A stretch of DNA of 21,960 bases from Promethearchaeota archaeon. GTDB taxonomy: Archaea > Asgardarchaeota > Lokiarchaeia > Sigyniarchaeales > SOKP01. Both the position numbers and the translations under genes were made by a program. The stretch is from the NCBI GenBank assembly GCA_013375475.1, contig JABXKD010000066.1, positions 1 through 21,960 on the forward strand, given 5' to 3'. The stretch's first letter is position 1; each line of letters opens with the position of its first letter. Shown here one piece after another: positions 1 through 9,408 of this stretch. Under the pieces are notes generated by a model. That model had not been told where the DNA came from and ran no database searches. It was given only the letters and a program-made list of their open reading frames with translations.

Positions 1-1
1 A

Positions 2-706
2 GAGCTAGTGTTAATCATAATATGTTTTCGATCTGATGGGACGATTAATTTTTCTGATTTGAAAGCAATTAGATTGGAGTTGAATAACGCAGGAATTCGG
101 TTAAATACAAGCCCCCCTAGGATTGTAATTAAAGAACGTACGCGTGGAGGAATTCATTTTACTTATAAAGGACACCAACTCATGGATGCGGAAGAAGTAA
201 AAGCTCTAATGAATGAACTTAAAGTTCGGAACGCAGGAGTTTATTTTTCTGAACCTGATATTACACCGGATGAGTTAATAGATTTTGTATTTGGAAATCG
301 TATCTACACAAGAGAATTTGTGGTCATTAACAAATCTGATTTGATGGAAACTCCGATTCCTCCCGAAAAAATCACGGATGCTATTGGTCATGAACATTGG
401 GTTATGATCTCAGCTAAAAATAAAGAAAATATTAATACTCTTAAGCATAATATCTTCACGGAATTGAATTTAATACGGGTGTTTTTAAAACCGCCACGAC
501 AAGAAGCGGATATGGATGAACCTATAATTCTCCACGAAGGCGATACCCTCGAGAATCTCTGTCGTAAAATTCACAAACGATTTATAAGCGATTATCGCTA
601 CTCTTTAGTATGGGGTAAATCAGCTAAACACCCAGGCCAAAAATTCGAAAACCTAGATCACATAATTGAAGATGGAGACATCATTTCGATTTATTTGAAG
701 CGATAA
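2..706 (+). CDS. drg: DRG/OBG-family GTP-binding protein, C-terminal part with TGS domain (5'-truncated by window)
   Basis: Frame is open to the window edge (ELVLIII...). It contains the DRG signature 'GIRLN..PP.I.IK....GGI', G4 NKSD, G5 ISAK, and a TGS domain 'LIRVFLKP...LCRKIHK...VWGKSAKHPGQK...DHIIEDGDIISI'. Confidence 0.93.
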   Translation, partial: ELVLIIICFRSDGTINFSDLKAIRLELNNAGIRLNTSPPRIVIKERTRGGIHFTYKGHQLMDAEEVKALMNELKVRNAGVYFSEPDITPDELIDFVFGNRIYTREFVVINKSDLMETPIPPEKITDAIGHEHWVMISAKNKENINTLKHNIFTELNLIRVFLKPPRQEADMDEPIILHEGDTLENLCRKIHKRFISDYRYSLVWGKSAKHPGQKFENLDHIIEDGDIISIYLKR

Positions 707-741
707 TTTGCACTTCATAAAAAGAAGATAATTCAAAAGAT

Positions 742-1374
742 TTAGGGATAAAAAATCTTATATAGCTCCCGATATATTGCTGCTAACGCGGAAATTCTAT
801 ATGGATCGTTTTCTTGTAACGCATAGTTGAGATAATAAGGTAATCCTTGAGGATCTTTGATCCAGCCTAGCATACTGTCTATTTCTGCCTTTAAATATGG
901 ATCGATTGAGGGTTGTGCCATCCTACTGCTTTTTTGAGCGAGTTCATTTTCATCAGAATCTTCTACATCAGTCTCGATAAATTGCGATGCTGAACCTTTT
1001 CTCATCATTGCTGCTGCTCTTGCTATAGCTGGGTAAGCCATATGCTCCCAACCTTTTGCTTTTGGTTTAATGTGAGCGATAAGATACATATCTGTGTCAG
1101 GTATAGAGGACCCAACCAAGTGTCCCTTTTTTTGTCTGTTAGTTGCTATAAATCTCTCTGGTTGCATTTGAAGAACTGAATATCTTATACCATTCATATT
1201 CACAAATTGAGCGCTACCACTACTCCAACTAGCAAATAGTCCTTTAACATCTTTCGTTACATTCCATTTACCTGTGGAGTGGAGAACTTTTCCTTTATTA
1301 TTTATCACAACTACTTCCGTAGCGTCTGAGTAATGTTTTTGTAAGTGTTTTACGATTGATTTATAATTTACTAT
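742..1374 (-). CDS. Asgard profilin-like protein with acidic linker and C-terminal helical extension
   Basis: 'VVVINNKGKVLHSTGKWNV...VNMNGIRYSVLQMQPERFIATNRQKKGHLVG' follows the pattern I recall for Loki profilins (AII..nG.l...t.nW.i ... iqGiKY.i.....ER.IgTN..gKGHi). The frame is open upstream of the tracked GTG (1308), giving VNYKSIVKHLQKHYSDATE, the missing N-terminal helix. Start placed at ATA 1374 behind a GGTG motif; this start is inferred. Confidence 0.75.
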   Translation of the reverse strand: MVNYKSIVKHLQKHYSDATEVVVINNKGKVLHSTGKWNVTKDVKGLFASWSSGSAQFVNMNGIRYSVLQMQPERFIATNRQKKGHLVGSSIPDTDMYLIAHIKPKAKGWEHMAYPAIARAAAMMRKGSASQFIETDVEDSDENELAQKSSRMAQPSIDPYLKAEIDSMLGWIKDPQGLPYYLNYALQENDPYRISALAAIYRELYKIFYP

Positions 1375-1387
1375 GATAATACACCAT

Positions 1388-2809
1388 TTAAGACGGTTGC
1401 TTTTTATTCATTAAATTAATCCATCCTTCGATTTGTTCTAACAATTCAGATTTCTCTTTTGAGCTTAGTCCCAAATTTGGGTCTACTCGCTGGTAGAGAT
1501 TAACAATTCTACTCATTTCCCATAAAATATTTGAATGTAAAATCATAGTTTTTATATAATCTCTACCAATTTCTAATGCCCTTGCGATGGATCTAATATC
1601 ATAATCTCGATATACAATTTCTCTAATTACAAGGAGTATATCTAGCGAATTACTCGTTGGAATAATTGGAAGCGGTTTAGGTCTTACAGTAGGTCGTTTC
1701 ATAGTTCTTATCTTGAATTCCTTTTGTTCCTCCCTAAAAATTGTAGCTTTGGTAGTTTGTTCATCAACATCTTGTGGTTGGTATAATTTAGAGGCTTCTT
1801 GAACAACTGATCTCTCCAACTCATCCTTAGTTTTTCTCTTAAATATTTCAAGCCATTCGACAAAAGAATGCATTCTAGGTTCGGCAGAAAGAAATACTGA
1901 ATTTTTCTCCAGTTTTTCTTTTGATCTCTCAATGTTCTGAGCAGTAGAAGAGCCTATTTCTGATTTTAAACTCATAGAAGCATTTACTAGAATTGAAAAT
2001 AAGTACATGGGATCGTAATCTATTTTAGAATATACCTTTCTGAGATTTAATACTAATTCTTCAATCCGCTTTAAATTCTTGAGTGAATAAAATTGCTCTA
2101 AATGCGTTTTAGAGTCGAAATTTATTCCGTTTAATCCTGCTGTTGGACTTAGGTAATTTGTTTTCATCTCAGAGTCCATTTTGGAAGAAATTAAGATCTG
2201 ATTATAAGAATCCCATTCTGTACTCAGGAGGATTTGTCCTATTTTGTCTACTTGAAAAGAACGCGGATTTTTCAAAGTTTCCATAAACTCTAAGATGATA
2301 TCCTTGTAAGGAATGAACAGATTTCTCATTAGAGTTCCTTGAATAAACGTACGTTTGTTTTCAGATTTAAACGATAAATCTATGGGTAGTTTGAAAAGAT
2401 TCTCACTTACGATTACATCGCGATCGTTTTCTAAAGTTATATTTTTAGATGCCGCAAGATAATCGTAAACGAAATCGGAAAGCACTAAACCCGTTAATTG
2501 TCGATTATCAGTGATGTATCTTCCGCTTTGAAGCTCAAATTTAGTATAATAATAGCCTATCCCAAAAAGGTAATAAAGAGTCCCCATTTCTGTCTGAACA
2601 GAACAATCAGCTCCACCAAAGAAAATAACAAAGTCTTGGGATATTTTTGACACGTTATGGTTAGAATACTTACCCAATGTAGGATAACCGAGAAGATGAC
2701 CCCAACTAGGTATTACAAAAAATGAATAATTTTCCAAGATATTAGGCTTCGCTCCCATGAAGGCTATACCAAATGTGTTTACTAACTTTTTTTGCGATCT
2801 ATTCTGGAT
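1388..2809 (-). CDS. Hypothetical protein (456 aa from ATG 2758; possibly 473 aa from ATC 2809), soluble, no recognised domain
   Basis: Long ORF. The N-terminal part is aromatic/Gly-rich (FFVIPSWGHLLGYP, LYYLFGIGYYYTKF), followed by a charged/Pro linker (RPTVRPKPLPIIP) and a helical C-terminus. The frame stays open 18 codons upstream of ATG 2758. Confidence 0.85.
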   Translation of the reverse strand: MQNRSQKKLVNTFGIAFMGAKPNILENYSFFVIPSWGHLLGYPTLGKYSNHNVSKISQDFVIFFGGADCSVQTEMGTLYYLFGIGYYYTKFELQSGRYITDNRQLTGLVLSDFVYDYLAASKNITLENDRDVIVSENLFKLPIDLSFKSENKRTFIQGTLMRNLFIPYKDIILEFMETLKNPRSFQVDKIGQILLSTEWDSYNQILISSKMDSEMKTNYLSPTAGLNGINFDSKTHLEQFYSLKNLKRIEELVLNLRKVYSKIDYDPMYLFSILVNASMSLKSEIGSSTAQNIERSKEKLEKNSVFLSAEPRMHSFVEWLEIFKRKTKDELERSVVQEASKLYQPQDVDEQTTKATIFREEQKEFKIRTMKRPTVRPKPLPIIPTSNSLDILLVIREIVYRDYDIRSIARALEIGRDYIKTMILHSNILWEMSRIVNLYQRVDPNLGLSSKEKSELLEQIEGWINLMNKKQPS

Positions 2810-2957
2810 ATACTACTTAATATATGATCTTAATACCTATATTTAAATTTCTATTGGACTTCTGAAGAAATTCGCAATTAATGGACTCCCATTATTTAAT
2901 CAATCATCTTTGAAATAGTTATATTAAACAATTAAATAATAAAATTCGAAAGTGAAA

Positions 2958-3719
2958 ATGTCAAATATAGGCGTTATAAAAGAATTCCGTGAATTTGGGA
3001 AATATATACAGGTAGCTGCAATTTTAACGATTGTAAGCTTAGCCGCAGGGATAACTGGTTTTATAGCATTAATTTTAGTTTTTGTTGCTATGAAATACAT
3101 TAAAAGGGCCAATTTTACCTTAAATAATACATCGCTACACGAATTTCGCTCAAAATACTTCAGGGGTTTTGTATCAAGAATAGCTGGTACGATCATAATG
3201 ATTACTGGAGTTGCTAATCTTGTGATTTTCTTCATGATCCCAACCTCATATCCTATCTATATCTCGATCTCTCTCTCTGTTATTCTTATAGTTTCGGGTA
3301 TAGTTTTCATTTATGCAGGTGTGGTAGCTGAAATGAAAGCGTGGAACAATTTGAAAATATTTTTTGAGAATGATAGTAATATCTTTCCAACTTATATTAC
3401 TAACGAGGCTATTAAGGGGTGTGATAAGTTAAAAACTGGTGCGTTGTTGAGCTCCTTAGGATTTTTAATTGTCCCGGCAATTATCGGATTTATCTTTCAA
3501 GTCAAAGGGTATTTTATGCTAGCAACTCTAAACAAACTATCATTAGACGACACTCCAAAGCCCTCAGAAGTGGAAACGGACTTAGCTCCACCTAAATTTC
3601 AACTAAAACCTCAACCAGTAAACGATTTTGACACAAAAACCAATTTTTGTCCAAATTGCGGAGCTAAATCATCTGGATTAGGAAAATTTTGTGCTCTATG
3701 TGGTTCAGAAATTAACTAA
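2958..3719 (+). CDS. Membrane protein with C-terminal zinc ribbon (DUF973-like)
   Basis: About 5 hydrophobic segments, a Pro-rich linker, then CPNC-x10-CALC at the C-terminus. ATG 2958 preferred over GTG 2952. Confidence 0.8.
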   Translation: MSNIGVIKEFREFGKYIQVAAILTIVSLAAGITGFIALILVFVAMKYIKRANFTLNNTSLHEFRSKYFRGFVSRIAGTIIMITGVANLVIFFMIPTSYPIYISISLSVILIVSGIVFIYAGVVAEMKAWNNLKIFFENDSNIFPTYITNEAIKGCDKLKTGALLSSLGFLIVPAIIGFIFQVKGYFMLATLNKLSLDDTPKPSEVETDLAPPKFQLKPQPVNDFDTKTNFCPNCGAKSSGLGKFCALCGSEIN

Positions 3720-3720
3720 A

Positions 3721-3761
3721 ATTTACTTTTTTTTTAATTTTTTACTTTTTATTTCTTTTTT
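3721..3761 (+). terminator. T-rich archaeal-type terminator region
   Basis: Several oligo-T runs (T9, T5-T6) directly after stop codon 3719, between convergent genes. Confidence 0.5.
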
Positions 3762-3802
3762 AAGATTATATTACATTATAACATTAATTGATTTACTTTT
3801 AG

Positions 3803-3820
3803 TCACCCCTCCCTCCCTCT
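3803..3820 (+). repeat. 18-bp pyrimidine-rich direct repeat, copy 1 (TCACCCCTCCCTCCCTCT)
   Basis: 16/18 identical to 9554-9571. It is a C-rich island inside an AT-rich intergenic region. Confidence 0.6.
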
Positions 3821-3889
3821 ATTTGACAATATATCGTGCTGATAAAACTAGAATACTTCAGCTTAAATTCGCATGATTTAGAACAAGTA

Positions 3890-4960
3890 TCATGTTATGC
3901 TTTTGAGAATTACATCTGCAATTTCATTGTATTTAATTTCCTCGATAAAATGGCCAACATCACTAAAAAAGGTTAAATTATTTTTAAGTTGAGGTAAGGC
4001 CTGAAGCCATTGTTTTAACACGCTTTCTTTACCTAATGGATCCCATTTACCGATTACAGCATGAACACCAATTCTATTAGAGTTCCCACTCCATGAAGAT
4101 TTTATGTTCTTTTGAATGAAATCATAGAACGATTTTGTAGTTCTTTTACCAATCTTCGGATCGGTGTATGTATTTCCGTGACCCCACACTGCTGATTGCA
4201 TTACTAACCGTTTTGAGCTTTTTACATTATATTTAGAAAGAAATTGCTGTTTCAATACTGATCGAATATTATATTCATTCTTAGGTAATTTTCCTAACTC
4301 TGCTTTTAATATGTATTTCAACATACCAAAAAGTAGTTTCATTGAGCCTATAGGTTGAGCAAACATAGCATAGGAGGCGAATGACCCCCAAAATCTATCA
4401 GGAATAATATGGGGCGTTTGAGCCCAACCTAACCACGAGATGGGATAATTTTTATAAGTCAAACCGTGATAGGAAAGTGGAAATACCGTGCTATTCAAGA
4501 CGATAAGATTTTTTAGGCGATTTGGTGATTTTAAGAGCGTGCCTATACCAATAGGACCTCCCCAATCATGAATAACCATTGTTATATTGTTTAGATCAAG
4601 CTTGGTAATTAATTCCAATAAATTCTCAGCGTGATCCATACACACCATTTCATGAGAAGCTTGATCAGATAATCCAAAACCGATATGATCCGGATTTACG
4701 ATCCTTACGGGTATCTTAATTATTTTTACTAGTGAATCTATTACCTTACGATAGCTATAAGAACATTCAGGATTTCCATGAATAAATAAAAGAGTATCAT
4801 CATAAGTTCCTTTCCCATGAATACTATCTCTGAAAAAAAGTTTTTTCCCTTTGTCTATTCCCTTCGATAATTCGAACCAAAAACCACACCCTTCTGGAAA
4901 ATAATCATGAGGTACAGTGTTTAAGGGCGTATTTCCGGGTATTTGAGTAATCTGGGGCAT
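3890..4960 (-). CDS. Alpha/beta hydrolase, haloalkane dehalogenase / OleB-like family
   Basis: HGNP oxyanion motif, PDHIGFGLSD, nucleophile elbow HDWGG (Asp followed by Trp), and C-terminal catalytic His in GHFIEE. Confidence 0.88.
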   Translation of the reverse strand: MPQITQIPGNTPLNTVPHDYFPEGCGFWFELSKGIDKGKKLFFRDSIHGKGTYDDTLLFIHGNPECSYSYRKVIDSLVKIIKIPVRIVNPDHIGFGLSDQASHEMVCMDHAENLLELITKLDLNNITMVIHDWGGPIGIGTLLKSPNRLKNLIVLNSTVFPLSYHGLTYKNYPISWLGWAQTPHIIPDRFWGSFASYAMFAQPIGSMKLLFGMLKYILKAELGKLPKNEYNIRSVLKQQFLSKYNVKSSKRLVMQSAVWGHGNTYTDPKIGKRTTKSFYDFIQKNIKSSWSGNSNRIGVHAVIGKWDPLGKESVLKQWLQALPQLKNNLTFFSDVGHFIEEIKYNEIADVILKSIT

Positions 4961-5009
4961 ATAATCACTTTATTATAAAGAAGTATGCCTAAAAAATAAA
5001 ATGGATAAA

Positions 5010-6845
5010 TTAGAAAGCAATGAAATTTCTTCTTTTTACGGTTTCAATTATGTAGTCGTCAATTTTGCGATCGCTTTTCCTTCGCTTGAAGGTTCGAATC
5101 ATCTTTAGTATTTGGGCTAAAACTAGAAATTCAAATTTGGTCCATTTCATGGCAAATGGTTTCTTTGTAGGTTCAATAGTTTTATAAGGGATGACTTTAT
5201 CTTTTGTGGCTTTATCCTTGTCATATATGTATTTTTTAAACGGTTCTTCTTTGGGATAACGGTTAAAAGGATCAAGTAAATTCTTTAGTTTAAACTTTTT
5301 CGCTCTACTTTCGATAATTTTTTGTAAATACTTCATAATTGGAGTTGGTTCGCCGATTAATCGCCTGTATTTTTCGTCAGTTTTTCGAACTCTCCTTCTA
5401 ACAACCCCATTTGGAGCGAAGCGATCCATGGCTTCTATTGCAGTCCATAAAATTGCAGCTTGATTTTTAAAAAATAAGGATTTATGATCGCGCATAATGG
5501 GGTTATCAGATTTCAGACAAAACTCATATCCATTCAAAGTAACATCTAATTTACGGAGGATTGATGGACCCCAGGTTTTATATAGTAAGTCGTATCCATA
5601 CTCTGTCAAATTAAGGGTTTCGTGGGTTTCTAGGTTGATGTTTTCCTGAGAAGCGCTCCAGAAATGGACATCCTCCCATGGAACATCTCTAACTCTATTT
5701 TGTTCCATCAATTTCTCATATAATACGGTACCTGGGAAGGGGGAAAGTCTGGTTAATTGCTGGAAAGTCGGATAACATGCCACGAAATAGTTAAGGTCTT
5801 CGTAGATATTTGAATGATCATGGAAGTCCCAACCGCAAACCCAGGCACCCAATGTTCTGATCCCCATTGAATGTAGCTTATCAAAGACTTCACGGGCATC
5901 TACCTCTTGTCGTTTAGTATAACCGTGTTCTCCCGCAAATTTTGATTCTACCCCTATAAAAATTGCACCTACCCCTATTTCAGCAATAGTTTCCCATCCA
6001 TATTTCTCAGCAAATTTATTAATATTATCTACCGAACCAAAAGCAAGCCAATCTAAGGTTTCAACTACTTTCGGACTCGATTCCCAGTACTTTTTTGTTT
6101 CAAATAGATATTCTGGATGCCGAAAATGATCTTCTTCTATAGCAAATATTAACCGAACATCGGGAAAATGCCGGTGATACGAGTAAATATGTGATACAAA
6201 TTCTTTTGGTGAAAGCAATTCAATGCGTTTAAAACCAAACATTTCAGTCGTAGAACAAAAATCACACCCTCCAGGACACCCTAATCCGGTCACTACAAAT
6301 CCTACATTACCAATTGGGTATCTATTTATGAACCACGGAGCACCACCACATTTTGGCATTAATCTCTGCTCAATTGGTCTCTCAATGTCTTCACCTAAGA
6401 ATTTTCGTAAGAACTCTACCCCCTCACCTTTTACAACATGATCGACATATCTTTTCTGCGTCTCTTCGTCGTACTTGGCTTTAAACGCTTGGGCTGCGTA
6501 TGAACCTAACATAATTGTCGTGTCAGGTGATTTGTCTCTAATATATTCGCACATTTTCATAACATTATCTAGGTGTGGCGGAAAAGCACTGATACCAATG
6601 ATGTTATATCCTTTATCAACTTCTTTCTTAAAGTCTTTCCACCGAGGGTATTCCAATAAAGTAGCGGATTTATTGATGTTTTGAGCTAAAATATGATTTG
6701 CGTAGCAATGAGTATGAGAGATTAAAGTAAAGATGTCGTCTCCCTTAGTAAATCTTTGACCTGTTGCATCTGTTAAAGAATCGTTTGCAGGAAGTGTAGG
6801 GTAAGGGTAAGTGGGGGTTGTTAATAATATTCGATTTTCGATCAT
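5010..6845 (-). CDS. Cobalamin-binding radical SAM protein
   Basis: N-terminal Rossmann-like B12 domain (IIGISAF...IRDKSPDTTIMLGSYAA...DHVVKGEG), CxxxCxxC motif GCPGGCDFC, IFIGVES and LSPFPGT.LY motifs. Confidence 0.92.
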   Translation of the reverse strand: MIENRILLTTPTYPYPTLPANDSLTDATGQRFTKGDDIFTLISHTHCYANHILAQNINKSATLLEYPRWKDFKKEVDKGYNIIGISAFPPHLDNVMKMCEYIRDKSPDTTIMLGSYAAQAFKAKYDEETQKRYVDHVVKGEGVEFLRKFLGEDIERPIEQRLMPKCGGAPWFINRYPIGNVGFVVTGLGCPGGCDFCSTTEMFGFKRIELLSPKEFVSHIYSYHRHFPDVRLIFAIEEDHFRHPEYLFETKKYWESSPKVVETLDWLAFGSVDNINKFAEKYGWETIAEIGVGAIFIGVESKFAGEHGYTKRQEVDAREVFDKLHSMGIRTLGAWVCGWDFHDHSNIYEDLNYFVACYPTFQQLTRLSPFPGTVLYEKLMEQNRVRDVPWEDVHFWSASQENINLETHETLNLTEYGYDLLYKTWGPSILRKLDVTLNGYEFCLKSDNPIMRDHKSLFFKNQAAILWTAIEAMDRFAPNGVVRRRVRKTDEKYRRLIGEPTPIMKYLQKIIESRAKKFKLKNLLDPFNRYPKEEPFKKYIYDKDKATKDKVIPYKTIEPTKKPFAMKWTKFEFLVLAQILKMIRTFKRRKSDRKIDDYIIETVKRRNFIAF

Positions 6846-6922
6846 TATTATTCTATATATTAATTATATGTGTTTTAAATCTTATATGCAATTAATTTCT
6901 GTTTTAATTGAAATTGGGAGCT

Positions 6923-6939
6923 TAAAAAACAAAAAAAAA
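6923..6939 (-). terminator. Oligo-T tract after amidohydrolase stop
   Basis: The minus strand reads TTTTTTTTTGTTTTTT immediately after stop codon 6941. Confidence 0.4.
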
Positions 6940-6940
6940 G

Positions 6941-7894
6941 TTATAATCCAAAGATTTTCTTTGGGTTTTCATTTAGAATTAAGTTGATCTCTTCTGGCGT
7001 GAATTTTAGTCCGTATTGTTTTGCTGTTTCAGGAATATCCTTAAAGTATTGTACCCAAGCTTTGTCATCAAAATATGGAGCTAGATAAGGCCAATCACTT
7101 CCAAACATGATTCGTTCTTTAAGTGGTGGACCAAACAATGCTTGAGTATCGAGAACAGCTCTTAATAACTTTAGCCAGTACTCAGGAAAGCTCTTTGCCA
7201 TCCCTTGGTGTCCAGAGAACTCAGCAAAAACGTTAGCTCTCCCTGCCATGATCTCGATTGCGCCTAATGTCCAAGTTGTAAAACCTCCTCCAAAATGTAC
7301 CAGCAGTATTTTCAGATCAGGAAATTTAGCTGCGATACTATCCAGATACATAGGATTTGCGTACTTATTTTCCACTAATGGATGAGTTAAAGCTGCTGTG
7401 TGGGATTGTAACATCAAACCTAAGTCCTGAGCTTTAGCATAAAAAGCATCGTATTTAGGATCGTCTGGAAAAAATCCGCACGGGGCATAAATTTTGACTG
7501 CCTTAACAGCCCATTCTTCAGCAGCTTTTTCCATTAATTTTATCCCTTCTTCGCCTCTCCTCGGATCTATCCCTACAACTGCTTCAAGCTTATCAGGAAA
7601 CTGATCCCTCTGATCGATATACCACTTATTTACCTGCTCAATAGACCACTTTGCTTCACCAACAATAGATTTTCCATAATCAGGATGACAAATAAATGCT
7701 TTATCAACTCCAGCATCAGCCATAATTTGCGTAAAAACGGAGGCGTCTGAAGCCCAAGTTTGGGGCATCATTTGGCTCATGACGGTTTCAGTCGGTACTC
7801 CTAGAGATCTGGCGTATCCCGCGGCAATTCCTTCCCAAAAAGCATCTGAATAGAGTTCTTTACATAAAATATGACAATGTGTATTTATTACCAT
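6941..7894 (-). CDS. Amidohydrolase_2 family TIM-barrel metal-dependent hydrolase
   Basis: N-terminal HxH (INTHCH), GIDPR, VKIY, SHT, LVHFG and MFGSDWP motifs. ATG 7894 is preceded by GAGGTG. Confidence 0.92.
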   Translation of the reverse strand: MVINTHCHILCKELYSDAFWEGIAAGYARSLGVPTETVMSQMMPQTWASDASVFTQIMADAGVDKAFICHPDYGKSIVGEAKWSIEQVNKWYIDQRDQFPDKLEAVVGIDPRRGEEGIKLMEKAAEEWAVKAVKIYAPCGFFPDDPKYDAFYAKAQDLGLMLQSHTAALTHPLVENKYANPMYLDSIAAKFPDLKILLVHFGGGFTTWTLGAIEIMAGRANVFAEFSGHQGMAKSFPEYWLKLLRAVLDTQALFGPPLKERIMFGSDWPYLAPYFDDKAWVQYFKDIPETAKQYGLKFTPEEINLILNENPKKIFGL

Positions 7895-7900
7895 CTCTAA

Positions 7901-7906
7901 CACCTC
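7901..7906 (-). promoter_or_regulatory. Shine-Dalgarno site GAGGTG
   Basis: GAGGTG lies 6 nt upstream of ATG 7894. Confidence 0.65.
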
Positions 7907-8004
7907 TACATTTGTTTGATGTAGTACTACTAATATTGTTTAAAAATGTATTTAAAACTTTATCATACATAATTTTAAGGATTTAGAGAAATGATATTGA
8001 AATC

Positions 8005-9408
8005 CTATTTTATTTCTATTGAAACGTTAGATAAATGTTTGATAGCAACTTTTTTCTTTTTCCACATTGCCTTAGATGTTTCGACCCATTGATCAAAGTC
8101 ATCTACATTCTCGGGAAAATTTTCGTAATGTTTTTTAATTTTCCCAGCGAGTCCATTAACACTGATTAACCGAGAAACATGACCTACGGTTAATTTCCCT
8201 TTCAATATCCCCCATATAAGTTTTCCTAAGAATTTCAAAAGTTCCTCAAGGCTCATTTCTTCCTCATACTCCTTATTAGGTTCGGGAATATCTTCATCCT
8301 CTCCAGTTTGATAGATTAGCCCCTTCTTTAAGAAATAATTCCATTCCTTTTCTTTAAAATTGAGTACTCCAGAAAGTTGCATGTAAAGGCTGGCAAACTT
8401 TGCCCCTTGGTCTCTAAAATATCTAGCATTTATATCCCATAACCTTTCTCTAGTGATATAACCATCGTATTTGAGCTCTCTTCCAATCACATCAGCAGCA
8501 ATCATACACAACATCCAAGTTGCTGTTACGCCATGTCCAGAAAAGGGATAGGTAATCGCACCAGCGTCTCCAATACAAAGAAACCCATCACCAACTAATG
8601 AGTAAGGAGGTCTTCTATAGGGGGTCATTCCTTGTTCTTCTTTGATAATCTCGTAAGAGGGGAGGTCAGCTCTATTAAGAAAATCCTCGCGGGCTAATCT
8701 AGCGTATTCGTAGGACCCCGGGGATCCAACTCCTAAAATTGCGTCATCTTTATGGTATGAAGGACCAAACCATAACAACCACCAATTATAGCCAGTGTCA
8801 TTAGCAGGATGTGAAGATTGTGGATCCGTCCATTTTATGTATTGTAAGAGAACATACATTACATCGTGAGGTCCTAAATTAAAATTCTCGACACCATAGC
8901 TTTCAGGTAGAGCGGTTCTCAAGGCAGCGATTTTACCTGAAGCATCAATTACTACTCGTGCGAAATAATCTCTTTCAATGCCATCTTTCTCTGCTGATAT
9001 TCCAATTATTCTTCCTTCTTGATAAAGTAATTTCTTGAAGTGACATGAGAATTCTAACTTTACACCATCAGTTTCTAACACCTTATACATCCTATTTAAA
9101 AAGGGAGTGAGTCTTACGATTGTTTGAAGTGCTCTAATTTTAATTTCCGTTGTTAAATCAGGAGTTCCTACAAGGGAAGTATCCCGGATTTCAATACAAT
9201 CTGGTTCTCCGACCTTAAAGGGAGGAATACCCGCTTTTTCAATTCTATCTGTTTCGAAGTGAATAACATCCAACCTTTTTCCCACGTTTTCTCGCTCATC
9301 TTTTTCAATAGTAATAACGGAATATCCTTCCTTAGCTATGAGCCAACTCAAATAAGTACCAGCAGTACCAGCACCTACAACCAATACATCGCATTTTTCT
9401 TTAGTCAT
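8005..9408 (-). CDS. FAD-dependent oxidoreductase, geranylgeranyl reductase/FixC-like family (divergent)
   Basis: DVLVVGAGTAG dinucleotide-binding motif, VIDASG, and IGDAG...PFSGHG second FAD motif. Confidence 0.88.
   Translation of the reverse strand: MTKEKCDVLVVGAGTAGTYLSWLIAKEGYSVITIEKDERENVGKRLDVIHFETDRIEKAGIPPFKVGEPDCIEIRDTSLVGTPDLTTEIKIRALQTIVRLTPFLNRMYKVLETDGVKLEFSCHFKKLLYQEGRIIGISAEKDGIERDYFARVVIDASGKIAALRTALPESYGVENFNLGPHDVMYVLLQYIKWTDPQSSHPANDTGYNWWLLWFGPSYHKDDAILGVGSPGSYEYARLAREDFLNRADLPSYEIIKEEQGMTPYRRPPYSLVGDGFLCIGDAGAITYPFSGHGVTATWMLCMIAADVIGRELKYDGYITRERLWDINARYFRDQGAKFASLYMQLSGVLNFKEKEWNYFLKKGLIYQTGEDEDIPEPNKEYEEEMSLEELLKFLGKLIWGILKGKLTVGHVSRLISVNGLAGKIKKHYENFPENVDDFDQWVETSKAMWKKKKVAIKHLSNVSIEIK

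Noticed and set aside
780-840. Resemblance of YLNYALQENDP to addiction-module antidote N-termini
   Set aside because: The match is too short, with no following HTH and no toxin gene.
3691-3876. 61-aa hydrophobic ORF
   Set aside because: Its hydrophobicity comes from the T-rich terminator sequence, and it overlaps the zinc-ribbon gene end.
5010-6845. Radical SAM as the anaerobic sulfatase maturase for the nearby sulfatase
   Set aside because: It has an N-terminal B12 domain and no Cys-rich SPASM domain.
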